Source: a virus. Taken from it: a stretch of DNA of 64,000 nucleotides. The DNA is taken from the IMG/VR virus record IMGVR_UViG_3300024182_000001, positions 1 through 64,000 of that record, one strand, 5' to 3'. A model generated the notes under the pieces. It saw only the letters and a program-made list of their open reading frames with translations. It did no database searches and was not told the DNA's origin. How positions within the stretch are numbered: the first letter of the stretch is position 1; each line of letters opens with the position of its first letter. Position numbers and translations under genes: made by a program. Below are positions 29,073 to 37,500 of the stretch, one piece after another.

Positions 29073-29253
29073 TCGTTTCCCTCTTTCTGACGTACAAACC
29101 TTGGGTGTATTTCTTAACCCGCCTGAAAACCGTCGAATGTTCCACACCAAAGCGCATGGCAATCCGCCGGTAGGATTTCCCGCGCCGGCGCATTTCCACC
29201 ATCTCGATGGTTTGCGCCCAGCGAAGAGCGAAGACGCCTTTGTTTGTGCTCAT
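29026..29253 (-). CDS. small HTH protein (resolvase-type HTH); candidate early regulator
   Basis: A KSYRRIAMRFGVEHSTVFRRVKK segment. It is the first minus-strand gene next to the divergent control region. Confidence 0.4.
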   Translation of the reverse strand: MSTNKGVFALRWAQTIEMVEMRRRGKSYRRIAMRFGVEHSTVFRRVKKYTQGLYVRKRETNGTRDSQSTAELGSP

Positions 29254-29413
29254 TTCTCGTGCGCCCACACATAACATAGCCCGAGAAACGCAACTAAAAC
29301 CCCAATACCAGTAGCGTGGGTATCCACAAACTGAATCAGTTGATCCATTTGCCCCTCGTTTCCAACTATCGTAACCATTACACTAGTGTATTACCAAAGT
29401 CAACAGATTCAAG

Positions 29414-29429
29414 ATCACGAACTCGTGAT
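29414..29429. promoter_or_regulatory. palindromic operator-like site ATCACGAACTCGTGAT in the divergent early control region
   Basis: Perfect half-sites ATCACGA/TCGTGAT. It is one member of a family of nine similar sites, all in intergenic DNA. Confidence 0.5.
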
Positions 29430-29614
29430 CTCATTTACAGCTTGACTATGACAAGGGGGTTGGCGCAGCCTTGGCGCCCCAGGGGGCAAAAAAGATACGG
29501 CCCCGATGGGGGAGCACCGGGGCCGCGCACGCATAAGGGAAGTGTGGGGTAGTTGGAAGCCTCATACCTATCACTGGCGCGGCTGGTTGTCAATAGTTCG
29601 CAAGGGATAGGTTC

Positions 29615-31954
29615 ATGGATCGCTCGACCACGCCACTGCTAGACGCTGCTTTGCAATATGCGGGTCGGGGGTGGCGAGTCTTTCCGCTCCATTCCGTGTG
29701 GTTCCGCTCGGCAGGGGAACCTGTCTGCACTTGCAGACGCGGGGCCGAATGCCCGAACGCGGGGAAGCACCCGCGCACCGCCAACGGCTTCAAGGACGCG
29801 ACAACCGATCCGAAGCAGATCGAAGCCTGGTGGGACAAATGGCCACAGGCTAATATCGGGATCGCCACAGGCAACGGCCTCACCGTCATGGATATCGACG
29901 GTGAGGCCGGTCGGAAAGAGCTTATCGATCTCGTTTCGAATGATCCTGCTCCATTCCCAATAACACTCGCCGCGCGCACCGGCAACGGCGGGCATCTATA
30001 TTTCTCATGCGAAGGGCCCGGCTCTGCCGCCAAAGGACATCTGCACGTCCGCGGCGAGGGTGGGTATGTGGTGGCGCCGCCTAGTATTCACAGGAGCGGG
30101 CGCTATTACGAGTGGATCGATTCGCGCGTAGGGGCTGCGGTTCCACCGGACTGGTTGCGAAGCTGGCTGCTGGCGGGCGGAGATGGGGCCAGAGCCTCGC
30201 AGCAACGTCCGATGGGCGGTGTCGAAGCGGGAATTGCCGGTACGGCTTTAGCGCTCGGGCCCGTGCCAGCCTACCTTCAGAAGGGTAGCGCCTCGCGCCT
30301 GGTCGATAAGGCTGCGATCGGGGTGCCGTGCACGTTACACGAACAGGCACGACTGTGGAGCGCGCTCAAGGCCATTCCACCGTCAATAGACGGCAAGACC
30401 TGGGTAAGCATCGGGCGGGCGCTCCATGACCTCGATTGGACTGAAGCCCCTGGGGAAGACCTCGGGCTGGATATGTGGGACGAGTGGTCCAAGGGCTCGC
30501 AGGGGCGCGGGGATGGGCTCGGGCTCTATCGTGGCAGGGAGGATCTGGAGAAGCGATGGGCGAGCTTCGAGCGGGCACCTGGAGGAGGTCGGACGTTCAC
30601 CATCGCGTCGGTGTTCCACCTTGCTGCGGAGCATGGATGGGACGGCAAGGTGGAAGCGCCGCATGGAACCAACGGACATAAGGTCGAAGAAATCAACGGC
30701 TTCAATTTCGCGGGAGCGACGTCGGCAGGCGGTGGGCCCATTTTCGTTGATACCTACAAGAATGGCGATCCAAAGCCGACTTGCGCCAATTCACGTATAG
30801 CCATTCGGGCGCTTGGAATCACGTGCAAGCACGATCAGTTCCACGACAAGCTGGAAGTCGGCGGGCAAATTCTAGGCCGATGGGCGGGCGAGCTTACCGA
30901 CAACGCCATCCACATGCTGCGGGTAGCCATCGACAGCGCCTACCAGTTCGATCCGGGGACGGTTCCGGCGCACGATGCGGCGGTACAAGAATGCTTATTG
31001 CACGCCTACGATCCAGTAGCAGAATACCTTGACGGTCTGGAGTGGGATAGAAAGCCGCGGCTGGAAAACTGGATGTCCACCTATCTCGGGGCCGAACTAT
31101 CGCGCCTTAACAGTACCATAGGTATTCTTGGCTTGGTCGCAGCTTGCCGCAGGGTCCGAATGCCTGGCGCCAAGTTCGACGCAATCACGGTTCTGGTTGG
31201 GGACGAGGGGCGGGGAAAGTCGCAAGCAATCGAGATTCTCGCGGGCGAATCCAATTTCTCGGACCAGCCTATTTTGAATATCGACGAACGCGCGCAGCAG
31301 GAAGCTATGCAAGGCGTATGGCTGTACGAAATAGCCGACTTGGCGGGGATGGGGAAGGCGGACGTGGATAAGGTCAAGGCATTTGCCTCGCGGCGCATAG
31401 ACCGGGCCCGACCCGCATACGCGCGAACCCGAATAGATCGGCCACGACGTTGCGTGTTCTTTGCCACCACCAACCTACACACGTTCTTGAAATCACAGAC
31501 AGGCAACCGACGCTTTTGGCCTGTTCAGGTCGGACATCGGATAAGAATCGACGAGCTTGTGCGGGATCGAGACCAACTGTGGGCGGAAGCCAATGCGCTG
31601 GAACGCGCTGGAATTCCATTAGGGCTGCCGGAGGCGCTTTGGAGCGAAGCGGCGGCGATCCAATTGGAACGTATGGAAATCGATCCTTGGGACGACATTT
31701 TAGCGCACATAAAACCAGGGGATCCGCACGAGACGTGGGCGCAAGGATTCAAAGACGCCGGAGCGTGGAAGGAATACCGGATAACCACCCGTGACCTATT
31801 CGAGATACACTTAAAGATTCCTGCCGACCGTCAACACGATGGAAACTATAAGCGTCTGGCGTATGCCATGCGCCGACTAGGGTGGGATGGGCCCAAAAAG
31901 ATGCGAATCGGCAACGGCGTGGCGCGCGGTTTCGCGAAAGCCTGTTCCACGTGA
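29615..31954 (+). CDS. DNA primase-polymerase (PrimPol N-terminus) fused to a VirE/P4-type P-loop C-terminal domain
   Basis: N-terminal PrimPol motifs (RVFPLH..., GKHP, MDIDGE). C-terminal Walker A in VLVGDEGRGKSQ. Confidence 0.8.
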   Translation: MDRSTTPLLDAALQYAGRGWRVFPLHSVWFRSAGEPVCTCRRGAECPNAGKHPRTANGFKDATTDPKQIEAWWDKWPQANIGIATGNGLTVMDIDGEAGRKELIDLVSNDPAPFPITLAARTGNGGHLYFSCEGPGSAAKGHLHVRGEGGYVVAPPSIHRSGRYYEWIDSRVGAAVPPDWLRSWLLAGGDGARASQQRPMGGVEAGIAGTALALGPVPAYLQKGSASRLVDKAAIGVPCTLHEQARLWSALKAIPPSIDGKTWVSIGRALHDLDWTEAPGEDLGLDMWDEWSKGSQGRGDGLGLYRGREDLEKRWASFERAPGGGRTFTIASVFHLAAEHGWDGKVEAPHGTNGHKVEEINGFNFAGATSAGGGPIFVDTYKNGDPKPTCANSRIAIRALGITCKHDQFHDKLEVGGQILGRWAGELTDNAIHMLRVAIDSAYQFDPGTVPAHDAAVQECLLHAYDPVAEYLDGLEWDRKPRLENWMSTYLGAELSRLNSTIGILGLVAACRRVRMPGAKFDAITVLVGDEGRGKSQAIEILAGESNFSDQPILNIDERAQQEAMQGVWLYEIADLAGMGKADVDKVKAFASRRIDRARPAYARTRIDRPRRCVFFATTNLHTFLKSQTGNRRFWPVQVGHRIRIDELVRDRDQLWAEANALERAGIPLGLPEALWSEAAAIQLERMEIDPWDDILAHIKPGDPHETWAQGFKDAGAWKEYRITTRDLFEIHLKIPADRQHDGNYKRLAYAMRRLGWDGPKKMRIGNGVARGFAKACST

Positions 31955-32215
31955 GGTGGAACAGGGTGGAACAGAAATGGCATTGAAAAACCACGATATT
32001 TCCATCTGTTCCATCTGTTCCACCTTTTATATAAGTTTATACAATAGAAAAAAGGGGGGAGGGGGGACACGTAATAATTACATATAGGGGGTATAGAAAT
32101 ATTATAAGGCTATAGAGGCGAAGGCGGGACTCGCGGGAACGCGCGGCACGCCATTGATATATAAGGATAAATCGCGTTTTTTGACGTGGAACAGGATGGA
32201 ACAGGATGGAACGGG
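31942..32215. repeat. putative replication origin with eight copies of a TGGAACAG iteron (direct and inverted) flanking an AT-rich segment and two G6 tracts
   Basis: Copies start near 31942 (inverted), 31957, 31967, 32006 (inverted), 32015 (inverted), 32187, 32196 and 32206. The AT-rich TTTTATATAAGTTTATACAATAG segment and AAAAAAGGGGGGAGGGGGG lie between them, directly downstream of the primase gene. Confidence 0.6.
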
Positions 32216-32236
32216 AAACCGTAACCATTAAACATA

Positions 32237-32252
32237 AGTGTAATGATTGCGA
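32237..32252. repeat. copy of the AGTGTAAnGATTnCG direct-repeat family
   Basis: AGTGTAATGATTGCGA. Related copies lie at 33699, 33741 and 33763, and a variant at 36368. Confidence 0.4.
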
Positions 32253-32361
32253 TTTTTAAACCTTCGCGCCTGCCTCCGAAGGTATCCGGCTTGCGTCTTC
32301 GCCCATGGTTTTCGGTGCTGGCGCCAAGTCCTGGCGCAGAGCAGTTGCGCCAAGACGAGGT

Positions 32362-32607
32362 TCAGGCGGTAGCAGGACTTGAACCGCCAGGGATGGAACG
32401 CGCGGGAGCTATAGTGTCTCCTGGCGCGGGCTGTACGGTTTCCACACTGTCGTACCCATCGACGCTATCTTCGATTTCAGTCATGATGGGATCAGCGTGT
32501 TCGCCCGCGTAATATTTTTCTATTGCGGCGTCCTCGCTTTCGGCTTCGATTATGTAGGTCCATTTTACGAAACTGGCTTGGGTCGAAGTGACTTGGAATT
32601 TAGACAT
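32362..32607 (-). CDS. small highly acidic protein (81 aa); DNA-mimic/anti-restriction candidate
   Basis: AGGGAG RBS. About 13 D/E residues against about 4 K/R, in an early position next to the origin. Confidence 0.4.
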   Translation of the reverse strand: MSKFQVTSTQASFVKWTYIIEAESEDAAIEKYYAGEHADPIMTEIEDSVDGYDSVETVQPAPGDTIAPARSIPGGSSPATA

Positions 32608-32620
32608 GGTCCGAATCTCC

Positions 32621-33268
32621 CTATCTGTGAACCGCAACCCCACGCGAATAATAGCCGGAAACGTCCTCCCCCGATGGAACATCGCCCGGCCGCAAGACGT
32701 ACAGCGCGCAGCCTCTAGGATCGCTCTGGATGTAGGTTCTAAGATTTGGGTACTTGGCCATGATTTTTGCCAAATGCTTACGGGCGCCCTTTTCTCGGTC
32801 CGGGATAGGGGTGTAGCGAGGCTGTGGCGGTCCCTGGTGGGGGTGGAATTTGATGAAGGGCGTTCCATCGTCGTTATGGACGAAATCGCGCCTACAGGCC
32901 GCGCAATCGATCCATTCAGCGGTTTCGAAGGTATCGTCAGGGATGCCGAATGCCTCGAAAGCAGCCTTTTCGGTGCTGGTGTATAGTTTCAGGGGATGTT
33001 TAGGCGTGTTAGCCGTCCACATCTCGCCGTCCCACCATGCGCCAGATGCGTTTTTGATAGCCCATTCGGCTGGCGCCTTGTGCTGCGCGCCTCGCACGAT
33101 GCACCAAGACCCATATATGTCCGAATTGCCACACTCGCCTTCAAACCAGCGTTGCAGGGTCATGGAAATCTTGCGCAGCGCCCAGGCGTCCTCGTAGGTG
33201 ACGCCGGCTTGGGTCAGGGCGTTGACCATGCGGGAAGTTGCTTCCCATTCGGCTTTTGTGCGGCTCAT
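32621..33268 (-). CDS. hypothetical Trp-rich early protein (215 aa)
   Basis: Start chosen at MSRTKAEW. The 19-bp palindrome TCGCGAATTAAATTCGCGA lies 43 nt upstream. Confidence 0.45.
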   Translation of the reverse strand: MSRTKAEWEATSRMVNALTQAGVTYEDAWALRKISMTLQRWFEGECGNSDIYGSWCIVRGAQHKAPAEWAIKNASGAWWDGEMWTANTPKHPLKLYTSTEKAAFEAFGIPDDTFETAEWIDCAACRRDFVHNDDGTPFIKFHPHQGPPQPRYTPIPDREKGARKHLAKIMAKYPNLRTYIQSDPRGCALYVLRPGDVPSGEDVSGYYSRGVAVHR

Positions 33269-33310
33269 GGCTTTTTGCTTTCTGTGACGTGGCAAATGTC
33301 GGTGGTGTTT

Positions 33311-33329
33311 TCGCGAATTAAATTCGCGA
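33311..33329. promoter_or_regulatory. perfect 19-bp palindrome TCGCGAATTAAATTCGCGA
   Basis: Located in the divergent region upstream of the minus-strand gene at 33268. Confidence 0.45.
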
Positions 33330-33698
33330 TTTCATACGCCAAGTGCCGAGCTTGTGCTTCGGTCGTAGCGTGCAGGATAGTGTCGCCGACGTGTACGTTG
33401 AAAGCCATCAGGCTGTGGAAATACGAATTGGGACTGGATCGTGATTTTGATCATTTTCCACCTTGCTCCGGACTCTTGGCGCCGGGAAGCCGTTTTAGGG
33501 TTAGCGTTGCCAGTCGGTGGGCAGAAAGCCCCCTTTTGAGAGCCAGGCGTCTAGCCCTGTTATGAGGTCTGCTAATTCGAGACAGAGCGCTCCGAAATCC
33601 TGCGAATCTACAGTTTCGGTTTCTGCGCATTTGGCACGAATTAATTCTAGCGTTGCGTTTGGGTCCATCTGCTTTCCTCTCGTTTCGAACAATTCACA

Positions 33699-33778
33699 GT
33701 GTAATGATTACGCATAAAATGTCCAATCACGAACGCGTGAAGTGTAACGATTGCGGTATTGGAGTGTAAGGATTACGG
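33699..33778. repeat. three direct repeats AGTGTAA(T/C/G)GATT(A/G)CG(C/G) interleaved with an operator-like palindrome
   Basis: Copies at 33699-33714, 33741-33756 and 33763-33778. The palindrome ATCACGAACGCGTGA lies at 33726-33740. Confidence 0.5.
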
Positions 33779-33827
33779 TAACGCGTTTGTGATTGGGGGC
33801 TGACTATTTTTTCCTTGCGTGCTGGAA

Positions 33828-33842
33828 GTGGAAGCATTACAC
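33828..33842 (+). promoter_or_regulatory. conserved promoter-like box GTGGAAGCATTACAC, followed by the conserved leader GAAACAAGGGGAGTTGAGAAATG
   Basis: One of three copies of GTGGAA-N3-TTACAC, each 30-45 nt upstream of an early ORF start. Confidence 0.45.
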
Positions 33843-33872
33843 TTGGGAAATCGAAACAAGGGGAGTTGAGAA

Positions 33873-34124
33873 ATGTCTAAGCTTACTAAATTGCAGCGGC
33901 GGGCAATCGAGCGGGCGCTATATCATGCGCAGCGAGCGCAGAAATATATTGCGGATAATCGGACGGCTGTTGCGCGCGTCGATAATACTGCGACCACGAC
34001 GTTGCACTATACGCGGCAAGATGGGCGTATTTTGTACGAGGTAGCGAAAGATATAGGAAGTGATTTATGCGGCTTGCCTGACGCGATTCGGGAATTGGAA
34101 CAGCTACTAATCACGAAAGCGTGA
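33873..34124 (+). CDS. hypothetical early protein (83 aa)
   Basis: Has the conserved leader and RBS (AAGGGGAG). Confidence 0.45.
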   Translation: MSKLTKLQRRAIERALYHAQRAQKYIADNRTAVARVDNTATTTLHYTRQDGRILYEVAKDIGSDLCGLPDAIRELEQLLITKA

Positions 34125-34125
34125 C
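34110..34125. promoter_or_regulatory. palindromic operator-like site ATCACGAAAGCGTGAC
   Basis: Overlaps the stop of the previous ORF and immediately precedes the promoter box at 34137. Confidence 0.45.
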
Positions 34126-34136
34126 TTGAATTCCGC

Positions 34137-34153
34137 TAGTGGAAAGGTTACAC
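34137..34153 (+). promoter_or_regulatory. promoter-like box TAGTGGAAAGGTTACAC with the conserved leader GGAAACAAGGGGAGAGAGAAATG
   Basis: The 17-mer is identical to the copy at 34944. Confidence 0.45.
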
Positions 34154-34184
34154 GTTTAGGCGTTGGAAACAAGGGGAGAGAGAA

Positions 34185-34787
34185 ATGCTTAGGACGCAAG
34201 GTTTATTCGAGCGAATCGCCAAACACGTGCCGTATGAGGAATTGGACTGGGCGAACCATTACGGCGAACCTGGTTACACCGATCCGGAGCGTGGCATTTT
34301 ATTTGCCAATTGGAACAAGGTTCCGCAACCCGTGCAGGATGTGCTAGAACGCAATGGTTTCGCGCTCGAATGGTCGGATGAATGGATCATAGATCATGAG
34401 AGTGACAAGGCATACCGTTGCTCGCCTGATTGTTATTCATGGGTGCCTTCCTACGTTATGACGGAGGATTGTGAGATTATCGGCAAGGATGATTTGGACG
34501 ATCATATTGATTCGTATATTGAAATCTATTTGAACGACTCGAATCGCGCGGCAACGTTCGATAACTTCGATCCGGCTCAATACGGTTTCGAGAAATACAA
34601 TGGCACGTTCGAGTCGGGGGTTCATCCTGGTCAAACGGACGATCCGAAGAAGGTTGCAGAGAAGATTGAATCCATGCACCCGAATCACGACTATCTGTTT
34701 ACGATTGATGAGCAATCACAATTCTATACCAAATGGTGCGCTTGGATTCGGCCGCAAGATTATGACCAGCAGGAAAGTGCAGCATGA
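34185..34787 (+). CDS. hypothetical acidic early protein (200 aa)
   Basis: Has the conserved leader and RBS. Confidence 0.45.
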   Translation: MLRTQGLFERIAKHVPYEELDWANHYGEPGYTDPERGILFANWNKVPQPVQDVLERNGFALEWSDEWIIDHESDKAYRCSPDCYSWVPSYVMTEDCEIIGKDDLDDHIDSYIEIYLNDSNRAATFDNFDPAQYGFEKYNGTFESGVHPGQTDDPKKVAEKIESMHPNHDYLFTIDEQSQFYTKWCAWIRPQDYDQQESAA

Positions 34788-34882
34788 TCACAGCCAAGGA
34801 TATATTCTGGACTTGCGCCCTTACATGCTTGTTGTGGGGCTTGTTGTACCTTTGGAGCTTGAGCCTCACACCTCCCGTCTAA
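34784..34882 (+). CDS. very small hydrophobic peptide (32 aa)
   Basis: ATGA-coupled to the upstream gene and ends just before a rho-independent terminator. Sequence MITAKDIFWTCALTCLLWGLLYLWSLSLTPPV. Confidence 0.25.
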   Translation: MITAKDIFWTCALTCLLWGLLYLWSLSLTPPV

Positions 34883-34887
34883 TGCCT

Positions 34888-34914
34888 AGCCCCGGTCAAT
34901 CCGGGGCTTTTTTA
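34888..34914 (+). terminator. rho-independent terminator
   Basis: A GCCCCGG-tcaat-CCGGGGC hairpin followed by TTTTTT. Confidence 0.6.
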
Positions 34915-34916
34915 TT

Positions 34917-34932
34917 ATCACGCGTTTGTGAT
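34917..34932. promoter_or_regulatory. palindromic operator-like site ATCACGCGTTTGTGAT
   Basis: Lies between the terminator and the promoter box at 34944. Confidence 0.5.
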
Positions 34933-34943
34933 TAGATTCTTGA

Positions 34944-34960
34944 TAGTGGAAAGGTTACAC
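34944..34960 (+). promoter_or_regulatory. promoter-like box TAGTGGAAAGGTTACAC
   Basis: Third copy; it sits 33 nt upstream of ATG 34993. Confidence 0.45.
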
Positions 34961-34992
34961 ATAGAAATCGGCAACGCAATGGAGCAACTAAA

Positions 34993-35241
34993 ATGAGTAT
35001 GTGCAAGGCGACTTTATTGGATGATAATGCTGTACCAGCGGCAAAGCCTGAAAGTCTCTGCGAGCAACTGGAAGCGATGATTGATCGCGCTAGCCTGCTC
35101 GACGTGTTGACGGCGCTAGAGTGTGTATGCGGTGAAAAGGCGGATCACATCCGGGCTAACTGGCAAGATAAGACGACGGCGCGGCCATGGGCTACGGCAT
35201 CCAAGCGGATCGGAGTGGTGGCGCGACAAACTGAGATTTAG
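34993..35241 (+). CDS. hypothetical early protein (82 aa)
   Basis: Follows the promoter box and is followed by a terminator. Confidence 0.45.
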   Translation: MSMCKATLLDDNAVPAAKPESLCEQLEAMIDRASLLDVLTALECVCGEKADHIRANWQDKTTARPWATASKRIGVVARQTEI

Positions 35242-35269
35242 CGTTTCGCGCCTAGCGTCTGATCCCAAA

Positions 35270-35294
35270 GGCCCGCATTGACTGCGGGCCTTTT
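35270..35294 (+). terminator. rho-independent terminator
   Basis: A GGCCCGC-attgact-GCGGGCC hairpin followed by TTTT. Confidence 0.6.
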
Positions 35295-35336
35295 CATTTG
35301 TTATGATAGCGCGAATATTAATGAGGCATACAATCC

Positions 35337-35894
35337 ATGGGCGTGTTACGCAATGCGAAGTGGGAAGCGTTCGCACAAGCCTTATCAAAAGGACAACCCG
35401 TCTTATCATCGTATGTGCTTGTAGGATATAGAGAAAATGCGCCTAACGCCACGCGCCTAGCAAAAAATGATAAGATTCAGACAAGAATTGACGAATTGAT
35501 AGCAAGAAAAGACGAATCATTGATAAGAGCGGAAACGCGGGCGATTAGTGCCGCAGCCGTTGACAAGAAATGGGTATTGCAACGTCTTGTTTATGAAGCG
35601 GAAAAAGGTGAGCAATCATCAGCCAGATGCAAGGCCTTAGAGCTAGTCGGCAAGGAAATGGGGATGTTTATCCAGCGCCAAGAGATAGGCACGCCAGGAT
35701 CATTCGAGACGCTAGACACCACGCAAGCCATCCTTGACGCCGTGCGCCAACAGCTCGGAGACGAAGCATACAACGCAATGAGGGCGCTAGTCGATAAAAA
35801 GACCAACGCCCCCAAGGTAATAGAGCATCGCGAAAACGAATCAGAGCAGGACTCGGAGATCATCGACGCTGAGCCGATCCGGGGCTTCGACTAG
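35337..35894 (+). CDS. terS: terminase small subunit (Terminase_2-like)
   Basis: The N-terminus KWEAFAQAL...VGYRENAPNATRLAKNDKIQTRIDEL matches the TerS family pattern KQExFxQEY...AGYS..A...A..L...N..IQ.RI.EL, as does a later R.KALELVGKEMGMF segment. Confidence 0.65.
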   Translation: MGVLRNAKWEAFAQALSKGQPVLSSYVLVGYRENAPNATRLAKNDKIQTRIDELIARKDESLIRAETRAISAAAVDKKWVLQRLVYEAEKGEQSSARCKALELVGKEMGMFIQRQEIGTPGSFETLDTTQAILDAVRQQLGDEAYNAMRALVDKKTNAPKVIEHRENESEQDSEIIDAEPIRGFD

Positions 35895-36056
35895 CTCACG
35901 CGCCAGCAACTCGATAGTCTGCATCCAATCCGCTGCGCTCTCGCCCCGCATGATTAGTGCGTCGACTTGGTAGCGCTTGCTAGGCGTTGCCGGCTTCGCC
36001 GTCACGTCTTGGACAACTGCATTCCCCTTGCGATCAAACACCAATTGCTTTGCCAT
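35841..36056 (-). CDS. hypothetical protein overlapping the terS 3' end on the opposite strand
   Basis: ORF only; the convergent 54-nt overlap makes it doubtful. Confidence 0.2.
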   Translation of the reverse strand: MAKQLVFDRKGNAVVQDVTAKPATPSKRYQVDALIMRGESAADWMQTIELLARELVEAPDRLSVDDLRVLL

Positions 36057-36060
36057 GGTC

Positions 36061-36243
36061 TTAGCCTCCCATGACTTGGCAAGTGTTCATTGCGGCTGCG
36101 ATTTCTTCCGCGAGTTCAGCGCCGTCGGTATGATCACTGTGTGGGTCTACTATCGCAACCACTGCGTTGCTGTGCGCGTCAACGATGTGATACTCCGCAT
36201 CCCCTGAGTCGTGCGGGATGTGAGCTTTAACGAAATAGCGCAT
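36061..36243 (-). CDS. small hypothetical His/Asp-rich protein (60 aa)
   Basis: The palindrome at 36313 lies 70 nt upstream. Confidence 0.35.
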   Translation of the reverse strand: MRYFVKAHIPHDSGDAEYHIVDAHSNAVVAIVDPHSDHTDGAELAEEIAAAMNTCQVMGG

Positions 36244-36312
36244 TGACTAATCTCCCCTAAGCCGCACCATCGCGGCAAGCACACGATAGCAGTGCAACCA
36301 TTCCACTTCCTA

Positions 36313-36328
36313 ATCACAATGTCGTGAT
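36313..36328. promoter_or_regulatory. palindromic operator-like site ATCACAATGTCGTGAT
   Basis: Upstream of the minus-strand gene that starts at 36243. Confidence 0.45.
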
Positions 36329-36648
36329 AATGCAAACCTCTCAACGTCCGTTGATAGGATCGTAATGGTGTAAGGTATTGCCGCAAGTGTTGCGCGCCAG
36401 CAACAGTATAGACAAAGGCAAGGCTTAGGGAGGAGGATAGGAGCAGGGCAGGGCCAAAGGCTGGCGGCTCAGGGCCACGCGCCGATCGCCAACTGGGTCC
36501 GGTGCATACCCGAGCCCCCCGCTAATCGAGCCGCGCTGCGATGACGGTTCCCCTCCGCCCCTCACGCAAAGCTCTGAAAAATATAAAAATTTTCTATAAA
36601 CTTTTAGTCCACTTCTATACCAAGTTGCCAAACGCGAGACACTTCGCC

Positions 36649-37500
36649 CTAAGCCCCAAGGGTCCCATCCACCCGCTTTTGCGCCATCTCCGCGTACGTC
36701 GGGTTCAACTCCACTAAGATACAATGTCGCCCCAACTTCTTCGCCACCACCCCGACGGTCCCACTCCCTCCGAATGGATCCAGAACAACTCCGCCCACAG
36801 GACTTCCCGCCAGCATGCACGGTTCGACCAGCTTCGTCGGGAACGTGGCGAAGTGCGCTTCGCGAAACGGTTCCGGCGCTATACTCCAGACGCTTCGCTT
36901 GTTGCGTGTCTCTCTTGCGCCGATCTCCGTGAACCCGACTTTCGTACGCATCTTCTCGTCGCCGGCCTCGTAGGCGGTCTTACCTTTATGGGTCTTATTG
37001 CCTGGCGGCCGGTTCGTGGCTTCTTCCTTGATCGCATCTGCATCAAACCAATATTTCTCACTCTTGCTCAGCAGGAACAGATACTCATGCGCCTTGGTAC
37101 ATCGATCTCTCACGCTTTCCGGCATCGGGTTCGGCTTTGACCAGATGATGTCTTGCCGCAAGTACCAGCCGTCGGCCTGCAGCGCGAACGCGAGGCGCCA
37201 GGGAATACCTAGCAAGTCCTTAGGCTTGCAGCCTTGTTCCGCGCCGTTCGCGTAACTGTCCCCCACGTTCAGCCACAACGTCCCATCCGGCCGCAGCACT
37301 CTTCGCACTTCCCGAAACACTTCAACCAATTTACCCAGGTATTCATCGAATGTTTTTTCCAGCCCGATCTGACCGTCGGCGCCGTAGTTTCGCAAACCAA
37401 AATAGGGAGGGGACGTGATGGTACAGTTGATGCAGTCGGAAGCCATCTGCTTTAGCCAATGGAGTGCGTCGCCTGTGCAAATCCGAAGTTCTGGTTTCAT
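36649..37500 (-). CDS. DNA methyltransferase (N4-C/N6-A, beta class)
   Basis: Motif IV in TSPPYF and motif I in VVLDPFGGSGTVGVVA. Confidence 0.75.
   Translation of the reverse strand: MKPELRICTGDALHWLKQMASDCINCTITSPPYFGLRNYGADGQIGLEKTFDEYLGKLVEVFREVRRVLRPDGTLWLNVGDSYANGAEQGCKPKDLLGIPWRLAFALQADGWYLRQDIIWSKPNPMPESVRDRCTKAHEYLFLLSKSEKYWFDADAIKEEATNRPPGNKTHKGKTAYEAGDEKMRTKVGFTEIGARETRNKRSVWSIAPEPFREAHFATFPTKLVEPCMLAGSPVGGVVLDPFGGSGTVGVVAKKLGRHCILVELNPTYAEMAQKRVDGTLGA

Noticed and set aside
29414-29429. CRP/FNR-type host regulator site
   Set aside because: The half-site order is TCACG...CGTGA. CRP sites are TGTGA-N6-TCACA and FNR sites are TTGAT-N4-ATCAA, so this does not match known global-regulator consensus sequences.
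29471-29500. GGGGC-N12-GCCCC hairpin as a terminator
   Set aside because: It is not followed by a U-tract and the loop is long. It is more likely incidental secondary structure in the divergent control region.
31942-32215. CRISPR array
   Set aside because: The repeats are only 8-10 bp, occur in both orientations and have irregular spacing. That is iteron-like, not repeat-spacer architecture.
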